Assembly: GCF_004010195.1 (NCBI RefSeq)
Contig: NC_057718.1
Span: 102,689,165 to 102,753,164 of the forward strand
DNA from: Chiloscyllium plagiosum
Taxonomy: Eukaryota
Direction of reading: 5' to 3'
Length of the DNA stretch: 64,000 bases
The notes under the pieces were generated by a model, which did no database searches, had not been told where the DNA came from, and saw only the letters and a list, made by a program, of their open reading frames with translations. Of the stretch, positions 50,151 through 63,050 are shown piece after piece (within the stretch, counting starts at the first letter, position 1; each line of letters opens with the position of its first letter). The position numbers were made by a program, and so were the translations under genes.

Positions 50151-50356
50151 CTGTATACCACAAAATGGAGCAACAGTACAATCAGTACTTTTGATTCCAA
50201 GTATTGATATTTTTTTGTTGGTTTTTCACTCTGTGGAAGAAGCTGCCCTTAGATAGCCATCTTTGTTATATTTTGGTGGGGAAATAACATGAACATGTGC
50301 TTTCAGGACCTATTGCAATATGGAATTACCAAACCAAATGCCTACTCAAGAATGCA

Positions 50357-50868
50357 ATGAGAAATCCTTTCTCTAAATAAACAGGAACACAGTGAATGAT
50401 CCTTATTCTAAATAAGCAGGGACGTAATGAGTAACCTTTACTTTAAATACTTGGGAATAGAGAGAAACCCTCTTCCACAAAAGAAACAGCAACACAGTGA
50501 GTAACCCTAACTCTAAATAAACAGGAACACAGAGGGAAAAACAGGCTGCAAGTAAGAAGGGTCACAAGAGTAACATCTACTCTAAGGAACCAGGGACAGT
50601 GAAAAATCCTTGTTCTAACTAAACATGAATACAGAGTATAACACTTGCTCTAAATCAGCAAGAACAGGAAAGGCAGACCTTGCTCTTAAAAAAACAGCAA
50701 TACAAAGTAACCATTACTTTAAATGAACTGAAACACAATGACAGACCCTTGCTTTAAGTAATTACAACAACAAAGACAATAAGGTTTACTTGAAATGAGC
50801 AGGAACATAGTAAGTAGCTCTTCCTTTAAATAAAGAGGAACACAGTGAGTAACCCTTAGTCTAAATAA
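50357..50868. repeat. Degenerate ~35-bp tandem repeat (about 14-15 units)
   Basis: Consensus approximately gagtaacccttactctaaataaacaggaacacagt, recurring through the interval. Confidence 0.75.
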
Positions 50869-50869
50869 C

Positions 50870-51160
50870 GAACAAGAACAAAAAAACTTACAGCACAGGA
50901 CCAGGCCCTTCAGCCCTCCAAGCCTGCGCTGATCCAGATCCTCTATCTAAACCTGTCACTTATTTTCTAAGGATTTGTATCCCTCTGCCCCCTGCCCATT
51001 CATGTATCTGTCTAGATACGTCCTAAATGATGCTATTGTGCCCGCCTCTACCACCTCCGCTGGCAATGTGTTCCAGGCACCCACGATTCTTTGCGTAAAG
51101 AACTTGCCATGCATATCTCCCCTAAACTTATTCCCCCTCACTTTGAACTCATGACCTGCC
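50870..51160 (-). mobile_element. CR1 LINE 3' end
   Basis: FFTQRIVGAWNTLPAEVVEAGTIASF; same subfamily as 35672-35910. Confidence 0.85.
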
Positions 51161-52388
51161 TAAATTGTCAGGCTGCTATCCAACATCTGGTACTACATGA
51201 ACAGACATTTCCTCCAGTTAAATACAGGGACGACAAATATCATTACTCCCAGTCCCAGCTCCAGACTCTGTTCCTTAGCTATTGAAACTCAGTCCCTCTC
51301 CCTAGCAGCAACCTGGGTTGAAACCTGTCTGTTTGTAATGCATTTAATCCTAAAATGAACTACTGGCCTCACATCTATGCCATTATTAAGCTCACCTCTC
51401 TCTACCTCCCTAACATTGCTTGGTCTCTCTCTCTCTCCTGCTGAAGCCTGCATTCATGTCTTTGTATCTAAATTCAGTGATTCCCTAATACATCTGGCTA
51501 TTTTCTCAAGCTCTACTGGATTAGAAAAAGAGTTTGTGACAGAACAGTAGAAATTAGGATAATTAATCAAACATTTACGATTGCCAGGCAGACTTGGAAA
51601 GTGTTTTATAAGGTGGTGTAACATGAACTTAATTTAAATATCTCTCCTAATGTTCATCGATCACAAATAGAGTTCAAAGCATTTGTAATTGTTACCAACA
51701 CCTTAAAATTTAATTTTTCACAAGCTACAGATTTATGGAATAATTTCATGCTCCAGGCATTCAGTTGACTGGATTTTGAGAGAATTTGAGAGTCAGTAGT
51801 AAATGCTGTGTTCGTTTGATTTGACCTTTTTCTTCTATTTGTTCATTGTGTGTTGGCTTTGCTGAGAGTATCAGCATTTATTGCCCATCCCTAATTGCCC
51901 TTGATGATGGTGGCGGCAGCTTGCCTTCATGAGCTGCTGCAGTACATGTTGTAGGTGCACCTCAGTGCTGCTAGGGATGAGGTTCCATGGATTTAAACTG
52001 GAAGCAACAGTGGTATAGTTCCTGGGCAGAATATTGTATAGCTTGCAAGGATCGGTGTACCCATTCAACTGATGCCATTGTTTGTCTGTTTTGCAGAGAT
52101 CACAGATTTCGAGCATTCTTATTTTGCTAGCAAGGTGGTTTTGTTGAATATCCACCCAGAACTTTGTGCTGCATGGAAGAGCACAGGCATGTGCAAGCGA
52201 ATGTATAATCTGTGATATCATAAACTAGAATATACGGGTTTGGAAATCAAATACTGTTTTGAATCAAGCAAGAAAAAGTGCTCTTTGTTCTGCTCTTCAA
52301 GTGAAATCTGAATTGTTTGCTTTCTGGCATTAAAGTTAGTTTCAGTATAAAATGACCTTGTATGATTTTATTTTTCCCTCTCTTTCAG

Positions 52389-52455
52389 TTGGGCCCTCTT
52401 GAACAAGCCAAGTTAGATTTGGCCTCTGCTTATGCATTGAATTCTATGTTTTGGA
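52389..52455 (+). CDS. C1D: C1D coding exon 2 (LGPLEQAKLDLASAYALNSMFW)
   Basis: Acceptor tctctttcag, donor gtaagt, 67 nt; matches C1D [22 protein letters not shown]. Confidence 0.95.
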
Positions 52456-52547
52456 GTAAGTATTGCTGATCTCTTCTGTGGCTGGTGGATATTATAATTT
52501 TTTTTTTGAAGGCATATTGTAATAAGTTGTTTCTTTTTGCTCCTTAG

Positions 52548-52603
52548 TATATCTCATTACACAAGGAATCAATCCTAAAGAACATGCAGTCAAACAGGAA
52601 TTG
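52548..52603 (+). CDS. C1D: C1D coding exon 3 (I-YLITQGINPKEHAVKQEL)
   Basis: Acceptor tgctccttag after a 92-nt intron, donor gtaagt, 56 nt; matches YLATQGVNPKEHPVKQEL. Confidence 0.95.
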
Positions 52604-55182
52604 GTAAGTAGCCTGTCCGTGATCACCATTTGGGTCACTGTGAATCGTCAGAAAGATCTCCATTAACACTCTAGCATGTTGCTGACTGTACTATCTCACT
52701 ACTGTATCACTATTCCAAGCTTCAAAACTATACAGTAGACTGACTTTCTATTGTTGTTACAGTTTTTCAGCATTTGTTTTTGAACAGAATGAGCTGAGTC
52801 AAGGATGCATCTAGTTTCTGCTGTCTTGTGAAGTCCTAGAAAATTACGTCTTTTGGAAAGCATTCTTTAAGTATTTCTAAAGTACGTATAACAGCTCATT
52901 GCAGTAATACATGAAGCATAATTTTGGACAATTTTCATTATTGTGATACATCCGAAATAGGACCAGGGGTCATCCATAAGCCTGCTCCACCATTCAATGT
53001 GATCATGGCTCATCTGATTGTAGCCCCAGCTCCACTTTCCAGCCTACATCTGATAACATTTTTGCTTCACTGTCAATGCTTTCAACTTTACCTTCATATC
53101 AAATGTGCAGACGATTTGTAACCTGCTTATTCCAGTTGTGAAATTTACAATAACTTATGGTCTGACACTTGAGTAATAAGATCTATGCAAGGTATCTCTG
53201 AACATTCACTAGATTTCTTTCGCACATTTTATGTCTGATGTGTGTATAGTAACATTTATCACTCTTTTATGTCTCGTATGGAGGGTGGGAAAGAAATGTA
53301 ATTATTTTAACAGTTTAGAATGACCCAGGCGTCTCATATTGGATTTGAGATAAATCCCATCTCAACATCATGAGCTGCTGTGGTGTGGGAGCCATGATTA
53401 CATACTGGATTGATACGTTTTATTGCTCAGATTCTTAACATTTTGCAATAGCAAGAAAAGTTCTAAGCAAATCATTGTGAAGGGACATAAAAGTTAATCT
53501 AGCACATGCTCTATTTATTTGATTCAGAAATTCCAGTCTTGCATAAATAACTCACATGGTGCCACGCGAGTGGCTAGAGTGATGTACGTGGGTTGGAGCC
53601 AGATCTTAATAAAAAGTAAATTTAACTCCCCAGAGTTATGAGAGGGAGTACAACTGATCTGAAAATATGATCCTAAGAAGAATTACTTGTGGCATGCTTT
53701 GAGTACTAAATATTAGGAAGTACTTTAATAATTCATTGACCAACGTTATTGTTTATAACTAGCGCACTGTTACTGTGAGTTTCTGTCCCTTAACTTGAGT
53801 TATCTTCAAATGTTTAATGGAGAATACTTAAAATAGTGAGAGAGCATCTCCCTGGACATTTCATATGTTCCCAGACAGAAATGACTAATCCATTCTTTTT
53901 ACCTTTGCGGCCTCAGATCTTTGTGACTCTCCGCTTTTGCATCATCCTAGAATGATTGACTGATTCCCAATAATCTGCTTCCAGATAAGGAGAGTGACAT
54001 TGTGCTAATCTAAATGTGCTGTCACACTTGATAACCGTGCTGTGAACAGAAAATTAATGCCAAAGTGACTAGACTAGGAACCAAGTCAGTAACTGGACTG
54101 CTCCCAGTTTTTGAATCTGTCTGGATGTTTCTGCTGTGATGTAACTTTCAGCAATATTCTTTGTGAAAACTGAGTAAGATGCCTCATTGGAGGTTAAACT
54201 GTAAAATGGGAAATAAGGGTGGGGAGGGTAATGGGATTAATCATAGCATTTTATCTGGTGCCTTTTCATGATTCAGATGTCATAGTGTTTTACAATCAAT
54301 GGATACTTCTGAAGTTTAATTGCTGTTGTAATGCAGGGAAATGAGTAATCATCTGTATTGCACGTCCCACTGGGAATAATGAAATAGAATAGTTTATGTA
54401 ATTGTTTTAAAGGAACGTCGATGGTCAGGGCACTGAAAAACTTAATTGCGCCTTACGGTAATATATGGAACGGTCTATCCACCTTTCGATTAATAGGTCG
54501 ATGGGCCGAATGGCATAATTCAGCTCTTAGAATTTACGGTCATCTTTCATGGGATGTGAATACCTCTAGCTAGCAGATGTTGCCCATCGTGAATAGCTGA
54601 TGAGCTGAGTAGCTAGCCCCCATTTCAGAGGGCATTTAAGATTCAACCACATTACTATAGATCTGGAGTCACATGTAAGGCACACCAGGTGGGGTTAATA
54701 GGTTTCCTTTCTTAATCTGTATTAGTGAGCCCCGAATAAGTTTCTATGCCAATTGATAGCTTTATGATCACCTGCTAGCTTTTAATTCCAGATTTTATTA
54801 GTTGAATTTAAATTCCACTAGTTGTTGTGGTAGTATTTGTATCTTTATCCCACACTATTTACCTGGGCCTCTAGATTACTCATCCAGTGCTGTTACCACC
54901 ATCTCCCTTATGGAGCAGATGGGGCCATCTTTTATTGGCTTAGATTGAGAGGCAGTACATCCAACAGTGCAGCAATCACCCCATGCTGCGTGAATGTGAG
55001 GCAAGTTTCGGTCTATTCTTGATCTGTGTACTCATATTTCTACTTCAGTGTTTGAACCTGCAATCTTCTAACATTTACCTGAGGAAGAGCTGATCCAAAT
55101 CCAGTCCTTAAAGCAATACAGTTTTTAAAACTTACATTCTCATCCTCCCTCAATACTGAGAAAGCTTGCCTGAGAATTGGAA

Positions 55183-55286
55183 GAAAGTGAGGATTGCAGA
55201 TGCTGGAGTTCAGTGTCGATTGTGTGTTGCTGGAAAAGCACAGCAGGTGAGGCAGCATCCGAGGACCAGGAGAATCAACGTTTCGG
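55183..55286. mobile_element. Truncated family-B foldback arm (similar remnants at 30340-30450, 43335-43430, 56548-56643)
   Basis: gtgaggattgcagatgctggag...tgctggaaaagcacagcagg...gaatcaacgtttcgg. Confidence 0.7.
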
Positions 55287-57254
55287 AGAGAGAGTATCCA
55301 TATATCTACCTGTTGAATTTCCCAGTTTAAGACTGAACTAAAACTGCTCTGCTCTGCTCAGCTCAGCTAGAGAACTGACCACTCCCCTTCCATTATACAG
55401 GTCACTTCTAACCACTTTGGCCTGAAGTCTCATCTGTTTACATACAAACAAAAGACCTCTCAAAATCCTTTTCATCTCTGTACCAAACCAGACTGATCGG
55501 AGCCCAACCCGGTTTATTGACCCTCTGAAGAAAATCAAGGACAGAGTCTCCTTGAGCCAAGGAACAGCTTTTAGAAAAAAAGACTAGTTTTGTGATGAGC
55601 TTTTAACTGTCCTCTGAAATGACCAAGCAAACCACTTAGTTCAATTGTAATTCAGTTGTGACTGTAGTCAGTGGACATACCTTGACATTGAGAGTCATTG
55701 TTTGAACTGCTCTACAGCTGCAGCCTGGATAGTCACGCAGTCCCTACTGATACCAAAACAGAAAGCACTGAAGAAGCTCTAAGTCTGGCAGCATCTATAG
55801 AAAGAACAACCAGCATTAACGTTTTGAGTCCTGTGACCCTACTGATGTTGGATGGCTGCTAACTGGTAAAGGCTAAGTCTAAAAAAAGCTTTGACTACCC
55901 ACTATGAACATCAAAGATCAACACAGCTGAACAAGCAGAGAGGTTTGTGATGACAGTGTGGTTTCTGGGGAATGTTTTGTCCTTCTAATCTTCCTCTATA
56001 GATCCTCAGTTTTTATTCCTCATTGTGGAGCTTTTATGCACATAAGGTGGGTGAGGGCAGCAAGCCGCATGTCATTTGCCTGTTTGCAGTCGCTCCCCCT
56101 GATGTAGAGGGAGCAATGGTGTGCAGGATTGGGAGCTGGGGGAGTTGGTTTGGCCACAGAATGCCTGTGATGGGGTCCTAAGCTGAATGTGACATGAAAG
56201 CTAGAGACTTTCAGAATCTAAAATGTTTTGTTGCTGTCAACAAATGTAAGATTGTAATTATGTCAATTTAGGTAGTGAACTATATTGAAAACTGGACACC
56301 ATCTCTTGCCAACTTTTCAGTCATTTTTATCCAACTATGAAGTCAGCAGTTTTCAGTGAAATTTACACAGCAAAATTGATGTTAGCTGTTCATATAGATT
56401 TTTTTTTAATTGGGAGTTCTGTATAGCATGTAATATTTTGGGCATTTTTATATTTCTTTATTTGCTGTGATGTCTTACAACAAGCTGCAGTTTTCTTTTC
56501 TTTAGGGTCTGGTGCCACTGGCAGGGTCAGATTTGTTGTTTGTTAAGCAAAAGTGAGGACTGCAGATGCTGGAAACCAGAGTTTTAGATTAGAGCGGTGC
56601 TGCAAAATCCCTTCATCAGGAATAGATCCTGCTCCTCGGATGCTTTGTTGTCTGTTGTTAGTTCAATTGAACTAAGTGGTTTACTCGGTCATTTCAGAGA
56701 GCAGTTAAAAGTCAACCACATAGCTGTGGATCTTGAGTCACATGTAGTCCACATCATGTAAGGATGTCAAATTTCCTTTCCTAAAAGGTATCAATGAACT
56801 AGATGGGGTTTTTACAACAACCCAACAATATACAACAATGGCTTCAAGGTCACCATGGCTGAGACGAGTGTTGAAGTCTATTTTATTTAATTGAAATTCC
56901 AACCTGTTGGGATTTAACCCTATTATCCCAGAACATTAGCTTGGATCTCTGGATCACTAGAACAGTAAAATTACTACCATATCATCTTAAATTATGGGAA
57001 ATAAGTAAATATCAGTAATGAGCTAGGTGTTATTCCTTCATACTTTCCATTCTTTTTAAAATAACAAACTATTTTCTGAGGAAAGGAGGAGGGCTTTGCA
57101 AGTAGTCTTCTCAAACTACCAATCACTGTATAGGTTGGACCTCATTTGCAAATTATTGAAACTTCAAATCTATGGAGTTTTCAATGGAACGGAATTCTGA
57201 ACATGTTTGTTAGTATGAAGAGAATCTGAACTGTATGGCCCAAGTGTGTTCAAG

Positions 57255-57948
57255 TGTTACGTCATTGGGTAAACCTCTCTGCTAATTTAAAACCAGCAAT
57301 ACCGAAAAGGTTTATCCCATGCAGTAATCTGAGAATTTGAGAGGCCAAGAACTAGTTAAAGTAAAACTTAATTTTATTTCTTAAAGTATAACAGAATAAT
57401 TAACTAACAACTATTTACAATTCCTTCCTCTAATCTATCTTTTACTTTCCCCTCTTTAATACTAGTCCAATAAAACTCCCAATTAAGATTTCTAAAACAA
57501 AACTACTTATCTCAAAACCAGGCAGCTTTCAGTTCTTCTCCGTATTCCTGTCGTCGTTGTCTTGGGAATTCTGTTTCACCAGTTACTGATCGATAGAGGT
57601 ACCTTTTAAGAGAGCTATTTTTCAGGCAGTCTTTACACACTGGTAGCTTGGCAGTTCTCCTCCCAACTGTTCAGTTTTTCCTGGCCTTATACCCCCCCAA
57701 AGAATCATTGGTTTAAGATTGTCAATATACTGAAATCAAACTTGATTGGGAAGTGGTACTTTTTGGGTGTATTTTAAATTGATTGACCAAATTCGAATTT
57801 GTTTTTGTCTCATAGCAACTCAACCAGTGCTACCTGTTCTGAATCAAAAGTTAGATTGTAAATTCTCTGTAAATTCTCCAACACTTGGTGTGCTTGCCTA
57901 GTCCTTCACTCTCTTGAAGGCACAGTACACTTCTACACCTTCATAACA
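57255..57948 (-). repeat. 3' LTR
   Basis: tgttacg...tcataaca termini; PPT aagggaggtgg (reverse complement of 57949-57959) directly adjacent. Confidence 0.9.
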
Positions 57949-58136
57949 CCACCTCCCTTAAGAAAAAAGAACCATCGTAACGAAAAGATGCCTTAATTTT
58001 TTCTATTCTTTAAACACATTACCCTAACATACCGATAACTTTAATCTAAGTTCACCTCAAGTTCTTCCCATATAACTGTGGGTGTGTGTGTATGTAAAAC
58101 ACTAAATAAATACAAATCTCATCAAAACTTTATCAA

Positions 58137-59700
58137 TTAAATCCGCAATAATGCATCTGCAATTACATGTATGATTTTTAAAAGTCTAACATAACACTGC
58201 AACAAAATAGTCTCATATTCATGTATTTAAAGCTTTCTAAGAATGTAAGTCGATTGTGATCCATGTACACGACTGTCTCCAACACATTGTTTTGTAACAT
58301 ACACGTTAAAATGTTGTAAGGCCAGGGCCAAACTCGATAGTTCCTTGTCAATTGTGGAGTATTTCCTCTGGTGGGTGTTGATCTTCTTTGAACAGTAACC
58401 ACCTGGTAGTTCAATCCCAACCTCCTCTTCCTGTGGGAGCACAGCTCCAACTCCAATGTCACTAGCATCAATGGCAACTTTAAAATGGTTTGAAAAGTTT
58501 GGTGTAGCTAAAATGGTTTGGTGGTTAATGTGGCTTTCAAATGGCCGAATGGCTCCTGGTATTGTTCTATCCGCCGAAACTGTTGTTCTTCAGCAAATTG
58601 GTTAACGGTGCCACTATACTGCTGAAGTTTGGAACAAACTTTTGATGGAATCCACAGAGTCCAAAGAATCGAAGCACCTCTTTCTTCGAGGTTGATCATG
58701 GAAATTCCTCGATGACCTTCATCTTTGCATTCCGTGGGGTCAACCTTCCATGACCAATGTTATGTCCCAAGGACATCACCTCTGCTTTTGTTCTATTTAG
58801 GTTTATCACCAGTTTTGCGTCTTGTAGTCGTTCAAAGAGCTCTGCCAAATGTACTATGTGATCTTTCCAGGATTTACTAAAGATCACTACATCGTCCAAA
58901 TAGACTGCACAGTTTGTTAACCCAGCCACAACTCTGTTCATGAGGCTTTGGAATGTGGCGGGTGTTTTCTTCATTCCAAAGGACATCACTTTAAATTGAT
59001 ACAGACCATTTGGGCTTACAAACCCAGACGTTTCTTTCGCCATCTCTGATAAAAGTACCTGCCCGTAACCACGCATTAAGTCCACTTTAGTAATGTAACT
59101 CGCTTGTCCGACTTTCTTCACACAGTTCTCCAATCTAGGAATTGGATATGAGTCTGATTTTGTAACGACGTTGACCTTCTGATAATCCATGCAGAATTGT
59201 TCAGTCCCACCCAGTTTGGGAGCTAGGACAATCGGCGAACTCCACCCGCTCTGGCTGGTTCGATGATGTGCTGGAAAAGTACAGCAGGTCAGGCAGCGTT
59301 CGAGGAGCAGGAAAATCGACATTTCGGGCAAAAGTCAATGAAAGGCTTTTGCCTGAAACGTCAATTTTCTTCTGCTCCTCCGATGCTGCCTGACCTGCTG
59401 TGCTTTTCCAGCACCACTCTCGTCTTGACTCTCAACTCCAGCATCTGCAGTACCCACTTCCGCCTCGATGATGTCCTTGTCAAGCATGGCCTCCATCTCC
59501 ATCTGCCTTTGAAAGGTTTAAGCCAATAGGAGTGTTGTTTTATCGGAGCAGTATTCCCTACATCGACTTCATGTACAAAAGCATTAGTCCTCCCCATCTG
59601 ATTGTTACATATGTCCTTATACTGCAGTAACAAATCTTTCAACTGCGTTCTATGGTCCTGAGACAGATAGCTTACTAACCTAGCCCACTCCTCAAGGACC
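58137..59700 (-). pseudogene. Retrotransposon RT and RNase H (frameshifted)
   Basis: WSSPIVL..K...DYQKVN...YPIP...VMSFG...YLDD; DASDIGVGAVL; ends VIADALLRI-stop at 58137-58139. Confidence 0.9.
59270..59464. mobile_element. Family-B foldback element nested in the gypsy pol
   Basis: 10-bp duplication tcgatgatgt (59260/59465); inverted arms with degenerate hammerhead cores. Confidence 0.85.
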
Positions 59701-59929
59701 TTTTTCATTTTTTAAATCTGTTTTGAGGTACATCAAAATCCACATCTGGATTTGATTCCTCACTCCCAAGGGGCAGTAACTAACACCTGTTTCTCCAGTT
59801 CTTTCTCTCAGTATAATATCGTTTCAGCATGTTACAGTGACATACCAGATACCTTTTTTTCTATCTGGCATCTTTACTAGATGGTTCTGATTCAACTTTT
59901 TCTCAATTTGATAGGGGGAACTAAACCTG

Positions 59930-60930
59930 ACTTTGAAGGGATCTCCTATCACTGGTAACGGTACTAACACATCATCCCCTCAGGAAAACATCCAAGTCTC
60001 AGAGCTCTTATCTGCCACCTGCTTCATTGTACACTGTGCTCTGTTTAGGTACTCTTTAGCTAACTCACCTATTCGATTTAATCTCTCCCTCACCTCTGAT
60101 ACATATTCTAAGTATGAGATCTCTGACTTTGGTCCTGTCAATTTTTCTTTAACTAATTTCAAAGGGCCTCTCACTTCATGCCCGAATATTAACTCGAAGG
60201 GAGTGAACTGAGTGCATTAGTTTGGGGAATCTCTAATGGTAAACAGTATGAATGGGATCCCTTTATCCCAATTATTTGGGTAATCCTGCAGTATGTTGTC
60301 AACATGGTCTCCAAGGTCTGATGCAACCTTTCTAAAGCTCCTTGGGATTCAGGATGATACGCACTGGATTTAAAGTGCTGTATACCTAAGCTATCCATAA
60401 CCACCTCAAACTGCCTTGCAGTAAAATTTGACCCTTGGTCAGACTGAATCTCTCTGGGTAGCCCATACCGTGTGAAGAAAGCTACTAACTCCTCTACTAC
60501 CCTTTTAGCCTTGATACTCCGTAGTGGAATTGCCTCCGGAAATCTGGTAGACCCATCCATTATTGTTAATAAATACTGGTTCCCACTTTTAGTTCTCAGG
60601 AGGGGACCTACACGATCAATTATAACCCGTGTGAAAGGTTCTTCAAATGCAGGAATTGGCAACAAAGGGGCTGGTTTTACTGTCGCCTGTGGCTTACCTA
60701 CCATTTGGCATGTGAGACACATACGGCAGAAGTTAGCCACACCCTTGTGCATTCCAGGCCAATAAAAATGCTTTTGTACCTTAGCCTGAGCCTTTCCTAC
60801 CCCTAGGTAACCTCCTCCAGATAGTTCATCTGCTACCCGTAACACTTCCTGTCTGTATGCTACCGGCAACACAATCTGGTGCACGTCGGCCCATTTCTCC
60901 TCTGCACTAACCTGCCATGGTCTCCATTTC
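59930..60930 (-). pseudogene. Retrotransposon integrase located upstream of RT
   Basis: HFYWPG...C..C..CQ; IIDRVGPL, IQSDQGSNF, PESQGALER catalytic D,D,E. Confidence 0.9.
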
Positions 60931-61245
60931 CACCTGTCTGTGTCCCACTCCATTAGTGAAAACACCTGAGGCTTTACCTTATTCCAGAATACTCTGCCTC
61001 CTTTTCAAAGTACACATCCACATATATATCTTTTATCATCTTGTCTTTCTGTTGCAAGTACCTTAGACTTTAAGGACTAAATATTTCTGTCTAGCCCTCT
61101 ACCTGTTCAGGTTTTTCCTGCAGCATTACATCAAACAGGGTATCCACTAACTGAACCTCAACTCCTTCATCTTTCTCTTTACTTTTCCCTTTTTTCTGTG
61201 ACTTATGATAGTTACTACGCAGTCTGGGAAAATACCAGGATATTT

Positions 61246-63050
61246 TTATTTTAACTCCTCAGTTTCTTGGTCTTTCTGGGGCTTCTCCACAAAAAGGGGT
61301 GTCGCTCCCACCTGGATCCTACCAAATAATTCCCAAGAACAAACTGAATTCCTGGAACTGACACTCTTGTCAATCACTCCCACTGTAACTTCCCCAGACT
61401 TGAGTTGGCACTCCAACCTGATCTTATGTAGGCGAATGCTAAATTTCTGTCCTTTTAACCCACAAATTACCACGTGCTTGGGTAACAGATCAGGAAGAAT
61501 GCCGATTGGCTTGTCCCTTACTATCAGCGACTGGTTAGATCTTGTATCTCTCAAAATTATAACTTCTTGTCCTTCTCCCCTGTTCTTTGAGTAAACTTTA
61601 CCCACAGAGTTGAAGTTAGATCTTGTATCTCTCAAAATTATAACTTGTCCTTCTCCCCTGTTCTTTGAGTAAACTTTACCCACAGAGTTGAATTCTTTGT
61701 AGGGCTTGGGTACTAACCCAGTCCCTGCCTAGGCTGTGCACTCTCCTGCAGCTCCCTTGGCTCTTCTTGGGGTCTCCTTTACTACCTTCACTAATGCCAC
61801 TGGCTTAGCTTCTTTGACCACATCTTTTCCCACGGCGCCTTTCTTTAACGACCAGCACTGTGTCTTTGTGTCCCACCTTCTGCCAGTGGAAACACCTTTT
61901 CCCAGTGCTCTTCTGAAACCACTGGCACAGTGATTGTCTGTGTCCCACTCCATTACAGTGAAAACACCTGAGGCTTTACCTCCTCTCCACCTCTTTGTCT
62001 TTTTTATCCTGTGGTAAGTTATTACCAGAGCTCTCTACTCTTGGTTTCGTAGTGTAGGATCTCCCCTTCTCCCAACGTCTATTCCTCACAGGGTGAAATT
62101 CTGGCCAGAAGCTTATCTGATGTACAAACATACTCATCTGCTAATTCTGCTGCCCTTCTCACTTCCTGAACTTTGTTCCTTCGCCTGAGTTCTTACCATC
62201 TCTGGAAGTGAGTTTTGAAACTCCTCCATCAGAAAAATCTCTCTTAGACCCTCAAAGGTTTTATCTATTTTCAAAGCACGCACCCATTGATCAAAAGACT
62301 GTTTGATTGTTTCGAACTCGATGTAAGTCTGACCTGGTTCTTTCGCTGTGTTTCTGAACCGCTGTCTATATGCTTCTGCTACCAATTCATAAGCAGTTAA
62401 AATAGCCTGTTTAATCTCATCATAAAGTCTTGACCCCTTATCTGACAGTGCGGTAAATACCTCACCAGCTCTGCCTACCAGTTTAGTCTGAACGAGGATT
62501 ACCCATAAATCCTCAGACCACTCGTCTGCCTAGCCAATTTTCAAATGAAATAAAGAAGACTTCAACATCTTTCACATCAAAATGTGACAGAGTTTTGACA
62601 TATTTGTGTATATCAGTAAGTTCTCTTTTAATCTCCATCCTGTCAACTTTGCTGATTAAGTCAAACTTCTCCAGTTCAAATTCTCCCACCTTTTATCTCT
62701 CCCTTTCTTCTCTCTCTCTTTGCTCAGTTAAAAACCTGTACTCTCTTTTTCCTCTCTTTCTTCTTGCTCCCCCGCGTGCTGCTCTCTCCCTTTGTTTACC
62801 TTCTAACTCCATTTTCCTCAATTATAATTTAAGTTTTTATACCTCTACTACACTTGTCTGTTTTTCTGATACACCTAAGTGAGTAACTCCCTTACAATTT
62901 CAGCTTTACTTTTGTCCTTAGTTAAACCCAAATCTGACTTAATGCTAATTCTAGAAAGTATGGCCTTTTTCTTTCCTTCTAAACTTTCTTGGCAAATTTG
63001 AGAATCATCTTCAAATCCCAGAACCTTTTCAGCAATTTTAAGAGCCATTT
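61246..63050 (-). pseudogene. Retrotransposon gag (SCAN-like capsid region, zinc knuckles) and protease
   Basis: EAYRQRFR...KEPGQTY.EF...FDQW...LREIFLMEEF; CFHCNGVGHRQSLC; ILRDTRSNQSLI. Confidence 0.8.

Noticed and set aside
50357-50868. CRISPR-like appearance of a regularly spaced ~35-nt repeat
   Set aside because: Units are contiguous and degenerate with no unique spacers, no cas genes, and a vertebrate intron context
52604-57254. Searched for the final C1D exon (ERIR.YM.RVKEI...AA.RF)
   Set aside because: No matching peptide or acceptor found by eye; presumed to lie beyond 64000
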